A program made the translations under genes and the position numbers. The notes under the pieces are model-generated. The model was not told the DNA's origin. It saw only the letters and a list, made by a program, of their open reading frames with translations, and did no database searches. This document shows positions 19,158 to 25,600 of a stretch of 32,000 bases of DNA, piece after piece (position 1 is the first letter of the stretch; each line of letters begins with the position of its first letter). The stretch lies in the NCBI RefSeq assembly GCF_042660085.1, contig NZ_JBHSTI010000008.1, positions 1,269,876-1,301,875 of the forward strand, written 5' to 3'. The DNA is from Longivirga aurantiaca. GTDB taxonomy: Bacteria > Actinomycetota > Actinomycetes > S36-B12 > CAIYMF01.

Positions 19158-19270
19158 CGCTGGTCGCCCGCGAACGAAGGACTCCATGGCTCACGCGCCG
19201 TGCCGCACGCCCTTATGGCCCACCGCGCATAGGCGCCGTTCTGGCTCGCGTCACTCGATCGATTCGGGGG

Positions 19271-19818
19271 TCATGTGATCGTCACCGCCGCCATCACGGG
19301 GAGAGCGACCGGGTTGGGGTCGTAGGGCGGGACTCCGTGGATGGCCGACGCGACTGCGCGCGCGAGCACGATCACCAGTGCCGACGTCACCAAGGCCGGC
19401 GCTCGCCAGCCTCGACGAGTGCCGTCCTCGCGCCGCCAGAGCAGCGCCACACTCGGGATCAGGATGAGGGCCGCCGCGAGCAACTCGAGGCTGATGATGT
19501 GCCAGGTCGCGGGAACCCACCCGTCGACCACCACTCGGTGCCGAACCCGAACAGGAACACGACCAGCGCCTGGCAGCCGGTGATCACTCGAAGCCGTGCC
19601 GTGCGCGCCATGCCCTGGTCGCGCGGGCGGACCCAGGCCGGGGAGGCGAGGACGGCCAGCACGAGCAGCGCCGGACCGAGGAACAGCAGCATCAGTGGTG
19701 CCCAGGTGACGTCGCTGTCCCAGTTGGGCACGCCGGGCAGGGTGGTTGCGGCCTGCCAGGCCCCCATCCATCCGACTGCCGCCAGCGTAGGCATCCCGAG
19801 CACGGCCCAGACGATCAT
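19271..19818 (-). pseudogene. small multi-pass membrane protein whose coding signal switches reading frame near 19525-19545 (frameshift, or two overlapping genes)
   Basis: The frame starting at ATG 19818 (MIVWAVLGMPTLAAVGW...VVFLFGFG) has high GC3 and TM helices down to about 19535, then decays into A/T-ending codons and stops at 19459. The other frame picks up high GC3 and two more TM helices (WHIISLELLAAALILIPSVALLW..., ALVTSALVIVLARAVASAI) down to the stop at 19271. Confidence 0.45.
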
Positions 19819-20103
19819 CTAGAAGCGGTGGCTGATCTCGACAGCCGCAGGTGAACCCGGTAAAGCATCGGGAGTCACCGCGGAGACCGTGTCGGGACTC
19901 TTCATGACGCACCCCCGCTTCCGAGCACACCCACGGCCAGCCCAGAATCTGCGGCCAGGCCCGCTGCCTCCAGTCCCCCACTCGCCGGTGGCTCGAGGCA
20001 CACCCGCGGCTCGTTCCACGAACGCGGGACGACCGTCGCCGCCGTACACCAGGAACGACCTGCCGACTTTGTGATCACGCGCCACGCTCATGCGAGTCCA
20101 AAG

Positions 20104-20130
20104 CGATATCGCTCGGGCATCTGACGGGTC
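20104..20130. repeat. 27-bp direct repeat copy 1 (CGATATCGCTCGGGCATCTGACGGGTC)
   Basis: Identical to 20935-20961. It lies just downstream of the stop of the 246-aa gene and 5' of the next minus-strand unit. Confidence 0.9.
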
Positions 20131-20210
20131 GTTCACACGCTTCCGGACGCTTCTGACTTACGACCGGACGACACATACCCGAGAGATATCCGGCAATAGG
20201 GCGCGGCGCC

Positions 20211-20951
20211 TCAGGACGATTCGGGCTGTCCCCGCGTGATCGCCAGGGTCGCCAGCAGGTCCTCGTGCAGTTCGAACCAGGTGCCGTGGAAGGAGTCCCC
20301 GCGAGGTCGGTCGATCCAGGCGCGCTCTCCCTTGTCGACCATGTCAAGAGCGTGCGCCAGCCGCTCGGGATACCCCCGGAACCGTGCCAACTCGGCATCC
20401 AGTTCCGAGCACAGCGGATGGACCCGTCGCAGCAACGAGCGCAGGTCGGCGAGGACGCGGTCGTCCCAGCGCCAGTCGCCGTGGTCGTTGGCCGCGAGCG
20501 GGTCACCCGGCAACGGTCGGATCTGCCAGTTCGTGACGGCGGTCAGGAACCGGCCATTCAACTCAACGAACCGGTCGTGTACGGACGCAATCTGCGTTCG
20601 AAGTCCGGTCCGCGTGAGTTCGTCGGCCAGGAGGCGCTCATGCTCGGCGTGGCCCAGAGCCGTCAGGGTCCAGCCGCAGAGGTCAGCGAACCCGACTCGC
20701 TCGACCTGACCGACGGCCTGGTGGTCGAGCAAGGACTCGCTGACCAGGTCCTGCTCCAGTCCGAATCGTCGCGCGACGGCTTTGTCCTCGGCCATCCCCA
20801 TCAGCCGGAGCGCGTGCAGGATCAGGAGGTCCGGCGAGGAGTCATAGGGCACGGGGCGATCGTAGGCAGCCAGACTCGGCACGATCGAGGCACGACGTTC
20901 CCCTGGCAGCGAACGCCGCCCCGAGCAGATGTGCCGATATCGCTCGGGCAT
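20211..20951 (-). CDS. hypothetical protein with N-terminal winged-helix/MarR-like segment and helical C-terminal domain (putative regulator)
   Basis: The segment LLILHALRLMGMAEDKAVARRFGLEQDLVSESLLDHQAVGQVERV...GWTLTALGHAEHERLL reads like a wHTH. GC3 is moderate. The true start may be downstream of the ATG at 20951 (for example the GTG of VPYDSS), since typical family members begin close to the LxLHALRL motif. Confidence 0.6.
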   Translation of the reverse strand: MPERYRHICSGRRSLPGERRASIVPSLAAYDRPVPYDSSPDLLILHALRLMGMAEDKAVARRFGLEQDLVSESLLDHQAVGQVERVGFADLCGWTLTALGHAEHERLLADELTRTGLRTQIASVHDRFVELNGRFLTAVTNWQIRPLPGDPLAANDHGDWRWDDRVLADLRSLLRRVHPLCSELDAELARFRGYPERLAHALDMVDKGERAWIDRPRGDSFHGTWFELHEDLLATLAITRGQPESS

Positions 20952-20961
20952 CTGACGGGTC
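20935..20961. repeat. 27-bp direct repeat copy 2 (CGATATCGCTCGGGCATCTGACGGGTC)
   Basis: Identical to 20104-20130. It overlaps the annotated ATG and 5' end of the 246-aa gene and the stop codon of the Flp gene. Confidence 0.9.
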
Positions 20962-21352
20962 AGTCGTCCCCGCTGTCGTTGCTGTTCGAGCTGCCGTTGG
21001 TCCCGTTCTTGCCGTTGCCGTTCTTGCCGTTGTTCCCGTTGTCGCCGTTCCCGCTCTTGCCGCTCGAGGAGGAGGGTGACGCTGCCGGGACGGGGGCCGA
21101 GGACGGCGCGGTCGTGGCGGCGCTCGTCGCTGCGGGGGTGGGCGGCGAGGTGGGTGCGGTCGTGGGCGACGCCGTCGGTGCCGCGACGGAGCAGACGCCG
21201 TCGAAGCAGTTGTTCATCGAGCCCACACTGGCGAGGGCACGCTTGCCGAGAGCACCGATCCCGAGCACGACACCGGCCACGAGCATGACGACGAGCGCGT
21301 ACTCCACGACCGAGGCACCGCGGTCCGAGCGGAGGCGGGAGAAGAGGCTCAC
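20960..21352 (-). CDS. flp: Flp-family type IVb pilin with a long low-complexity C-terminal extension (130 aa)
   Basis: GTG start with GGGAAGGA 6 nt upstream. The leader plus Flp motif is MSLFSRLRSDRG/ASVVEYALVVMLVAGVVLGI (G/xxxxEY plus hydrophobic helix). This is followed by CFDGVC, a Pro/Thr/Ser/Ala-rich tract and an Asn/Gly/Lys-rich acidic tail. Confidence 0.8.
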   Translation of the reverse strand: MSLFSRLRSDRGASVVEYALVVMLVAGVVLGIGALGKRALASVGSMNNCFDGVCSVAAPTASPTTAPTSPPTPAATSAATTAPSSAPVPAASPSSSSGKSGNGDNGNNGKNGNGKNGTNGSSNSNDSGDD

Positions 21353-21411
21353 GAGGGTCCTTCCCTACGGGCGGTCCCGGCGGGACCTCGTCCGAGGGTG
21401 GAGGATCCGGC

Positions 21412-21648
21412 TCACGGGACAGCCACCCTCAGCCTCTCCGCACGGTCAAGGTCTGCCGAGCCGGGAGAGAGGGCGTGGGCGGGGGACGCTCGACGGCCGT
21501 GGGCCTGCGCGGCAGCCGAGCAGCTTCCGTGCTCGATGCACTCCGCGAGGGGGGCGGCTCTGGTGCCGGCGGCGATCCGGTTGACCGCGAGGAGTGCGAG
21601 GGCCACGAGCAGGAAGGCCATGAGGAACTGGGGCGTCAGCTCGTCCAT
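21412..21648 (-). CDS. Flp-like paralogue lacking a canonical start for its leader (possibly decayed)
   Basis: The in-frame upstream sequence reads ILTSFRTAARSDRG/AAMDELTPQFLMAFLLVALALLAV...CIEHGSC, parallel to the adjacent Flp gene, with 18 nt identical across the SDRGA codons (21652-21669 versus 21314-21331). No ATG/GTG/TTG lies between the upstream TAG (21727-21729) and the ATG at 21648. The codon at the expected leader start is ATC (21694-21696). Confidence 0.4.
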   Translation of the reverse strand: MDELTPQFLMAFLLVALALLAVNRIAAGTRAAPLAECIEHGSCSAAAQAHGRRASPAHALSPGSADLDRAERLRVAVP

Positions 21649-21817
21649 GGCGGCACCGCGGTCCGAGCGTGCAGCGGTGCGGAAGGACGTGAGGATGCGG
21701 TGCGCAGGCGTGGACTCCGGGGTCGGCTACCCAGGGTGCCCGGCGTACCTCTCGGGTCCCGCTTCAGCGACGCCCGGACAGCTCAGGATGTAGCGCTACG
21801 CACGTGCTCGGTCGCTC

Positions 21818-22300
21818 TCAGGTCATCACGGCGACGGAGGCCCAGATGCCGGTCGCGGCGACGGCGGCGACGAGCCCGATGAGCACCGACAGCCCGGTTC
21901 CCTTCATGGCGGTGACCGTGGAGGGCCAGGCCGCGGCATGGTCGGGCAGCCTCACCCGCTCGGCGAGGTAGACGCCGAGCACGAATCCGAGCGGCAGGCC
22001 CACTACCGGCACGACGAAGAAGCCCGCGATCCCGAGGAGCCCTCCGACCACCAGGGTGCGCGTCGGGATCCCCGCCGCGGTCATCTGCCTGCCCGGGATC
22101 AGGATCGTCAGCGCATAGCCCACGACGAGCACGGCGCAGGCCAGCAGCGCGGTGACCCAGGCGGTGGCCCCGCCCTCGACCACGGCCCAGACGACGATCG
22201 CCCCGCCCACGAGCACGCTGCCGGGCAGCACGGGGAGGATCGTTCCTACGACGCCCACGAGGCACGCGAGCAGGACGAGCCACTCACCCCAGGCCGGCAT
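21818..22300 (-). CDS. DUF456-family integral membrane protein
   Basis: 160 aa with four hydrophobic helices. The N-terminal GTILPVLPG motif is characteristic of DUF456 as I recall it. Confidence 0.75.
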   Translation of the reverse strand: MPAWGEWLVLLACLVGVVGTILPVLPGSVLVGGAIVVWAVVEGGATAWVTALLACAVLVVGYALTILIPGRQMTAAGIPTRTLVVGGLLGIAGFFVVPVVGLPLGFVLGVYLAERVRLPDHAAAWPSTVTAMKGTGLSVLIGLVAAVAATGIWASVAVMT

Positions 22301-22638
22301 GCGGGCAGGCTACGTCACCGGAGCAGGGAGCTGCCGGAGCTGATCGTGGCGAGAGGTTGCGTGACGGTCCGTGACTGCCGTTTCGCTACGGGGAGTCACA
22401 CGGTCACACGGACGGGTCAGCCGGAAAACCTCCGTTGCTCCGTCCGGGCGACTGTTGTTCTCCTCCCGATCTACATGAGGGTGCCCCGAGTCACACTCGT
22501 AGTGGATCCAGCGAGCAGAGGGATCCGTCTCGAGGAGGCTTTGACCTGCGACCGTCGCGCACGGTCACCTTCCCCCGTCCCGGGGGCCGGTCGCAGCGAG
22601 CCAGTGGTGAGACCGGCCTCGTGGTTGGGGAGACCACC

Positions 22639-25600
22639 ATGGCCATGTCCGCTCGCGTCCTGACCCGGAGCCGCACCGCCCGCCGCTGGCTGGCCGGAGG
22701 CACCGCAGCAGCGCTCGCCACCCTCACCATCCCGTTCCTCGCCGTGACGCCGGCCAGCGCCGCGCTCGGCGACACGTTCGGGCCGTTCGAGGTCGACGGC
22801 GACCTCGTCGCGCAGTCGGTCGTCGACTGGGGCAACGTAGGCGTCTCGAACGTCGTCACGGTCAACGACAACTTCAGCCTGTCGTCGAACCAGGACGACA
22901 CCACGTTCAAGTCGAACTCCAAGGAGTACGACGCGACGGCCAGCACCAACGGCTGGCCCAACTGGGACACCGAGGCGGCCAACAACGCTGCCGACAAGAC
23001 CGATTTCGGCCGCGTCGCCATCTACAACAAGAACATCCCCGGTACGCCGCCCGCGCAGTGGACGTACATCGGGTTCGACCGCGGCTCGGCGACCGGCACG
23101 GGCAAGTTCGCCGTCGAGCTCAACCAGATCAAGTCCTCCACCCCGAACGGCAACCCGCGCCGATCGGTGGGCGACGTTCGCTTCATCGTGTGGGACCAGG
23201 GCAGCGGCTCGATCACCCTGCAGGGCGACGCGCAGAACACCGACGTCGGTGCGTACGTGTGGTCCGACCCCGACAGCACCACGCCCGGGTTCGAGGACGT
23301 CGCGCCGTACGACGGTTCGTGGGTGAAGTTCTCCAACGCCATCGCCGTCGCCAACTTCGCCGGCGCCGTCAACAGCGCGTCGGTCGCGGTCCCGAGCTGG
23401 TGGACCGGCAACAACGTCGTGAACAGCACCGTGGGTGCGGACCAGTTCGTCGAGTTCGGCTTCAACCTGACCGGCCTCGGCGCGACGCTCGGCTGCCCGT
23501 CGCAGGGCTTCAAGGCCTGGAACATGCGGTCGCTCACCGGCACCGGCCAGACCGGCGCGCTCAAGGACCTCATCAAGGAGCAGCCGATCGACATCCCGTC
23601 GACCTGCGGCACCATCGTCCTGACCAAGGAGTCGCTCGGCGGCGTCGGCCTCCCGGGCGCCCAGTTCACCATCACGCCGGACCCGACCCCGGGCAGCGAC
23701 GAGGACAGCCTCGTCGTCACCAGCGGTCCCGACGGCAGCGTCACCATCAGCCCGGCCGTCCCCGGCACCTACTCGGTCTCCGAGACGACCGCGCCGTTGG
23801 GCTACATCCTGGTGCCGTGGACGCACACGTTCACGCTCGGCGACAGCGGCACGTACTCCTACACCTTCCGCAACCCGCTCGGTGACATCACCTGGACCAA
23901 GAACTACCAGGGCTACACCACCCAGCAGTCCTTCCCGCAGGGCTTCACCGGTCAGACCTTCACGGTGACCCGCGCGGACGACGCCGTCGACATGACCAAC
24001 GCGCAGTTCGCGACCATCAGCGGCATCACCGCCACCGGCTGCCCCGCTGCGTGCACCCTCACGGTCACCGACAACGGCGCCCGTGACAGCGACAGCGCCT
24101 GGGGCCGGATCCGCGTCAACAACCTCCCGGTCGGCAGCTACACGGTCACCGAGCCCGCGTCCGGCGCACCCGCCGGCTTCGGGGTCGGCGGCGGCTCGGG
24201 CACCGCGGTGGTCCCGTCCTTCCTCGCCACCGCACCGATGGACGACGAGGACAACCTCATCAACCACCTCGCCGTGGTCACCCGCAACGGTGGCGCCACG
24301 ACGGCCGGCACCACCTTCGACAACCCGCGCCTGCCTGCCAGGCTCGCGGTCAAGAAGGTCGGCCAGCCGGGCAACGTCGCCGTCGAGGGCGCGGTCTTCG
24401 ACCTCTACCGGGTCGTCGGCACCAAGGACGCGAACCCCGGTACGGGCGACGACGTCGCGGTCGGCCAGGTGACGACCGGCGCCACCGGCGTCGGCACCTC
24501 CGGAAACCTCGCCTGGGGCTCGAGCTACTACTTCGTCGAGATCTCCGTCCCGGCCCCGTGGAACCTCCCGGACAACCGGGTCACGGACGCCGTGGCGCTG
24601 ACCGCGGCCGACGCCACGGCCCAGGCCGGCGGCACCGCCGTCCAGATCCTCACGGTCAACGACCCGAGGACGACCATCACGACCGACGCTCAGGATGCGA
24701 CCAACCTCCCGGGCGGCACGCTGAACGACGTCGCCACCGTCTCCGGCATCCGCAACGACGCCGGCGGCACGATCACCTTCACCGCCTACGGCCCGTTCGA
24801 GACGACGGACGCCGTGGGTGTCTGCACCGCCGACAACCTGGTCTTCACGACCCAGAGCACGAGCATCAAGGGCTCGGTCGTCGGGAACACGGTGACGGTC
24901 ACCTCGGCCGACTTCGCCCCTGAGGTCGCCGGCTACTACTACTGGATCGCCAGCTACAGCGGCGACGCGACCACGGGCACCCTCGGTGCCACGGGCGAGT
25001 GCGGAGACCCCGCCGAGATCAGCTCGGTCGAGCCCGCCACCCCCGGCATCTCGACCGCAGCCGACGGCGAGCGCACCCTCCCGAGCGCGACCCTGTACGA
25101 CGTCGCCACGGTCGTCGGACTCACCCCCGACGCCACGGGCACCGTCACCTTCCGCCTCTACGGCCCCGGCGACGCCACCTGCTCCGCGGCCCCGGTGTTC
25201 GCGCCCGCGCCGATCGCCCTCGGCCCGGTGTCCGAGGACAACGGCGTGTACTTCGCCCGCGTCACCTCGACCACCTACACGGCGAACGCGCCGGGGGTCT
25301 ACCGCTGGATCGCCAGCTACTCCGGCGACGCCAACAACGTCCCGGTGAGCGGCGCCTGCAACGACGCGAACGAGAACTGGCGCGTCGACAAGGCCCCGAC
25401 CGACATCACGACGACGGCCACGGCCACCGCCACCCTCCCGAACGCGCAGATCGGTGACAGCGCGACCATCACCGGTCTCACCACCGATGCGTCCGGCACC
25501 GTCACCTTCCGCCTCTACGGCCCGGTGACAGGCATCAACCCGGTGCCGACCTGCACCGCGCAGGTGGGCAACGACCTCACCGTCTCCTTCGCCAAGGAGC

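Noticed and set aside
22639-24660. Claiming isopeptide-bond or thioester domains in the adhesin
   Set aside because: SpaA/Cna-B-like motifs are visible, but I cannot identify the Lys-Asn/Asp-Glu triads or a Cys-Gln thioester motif with any confidence from sequence alone.
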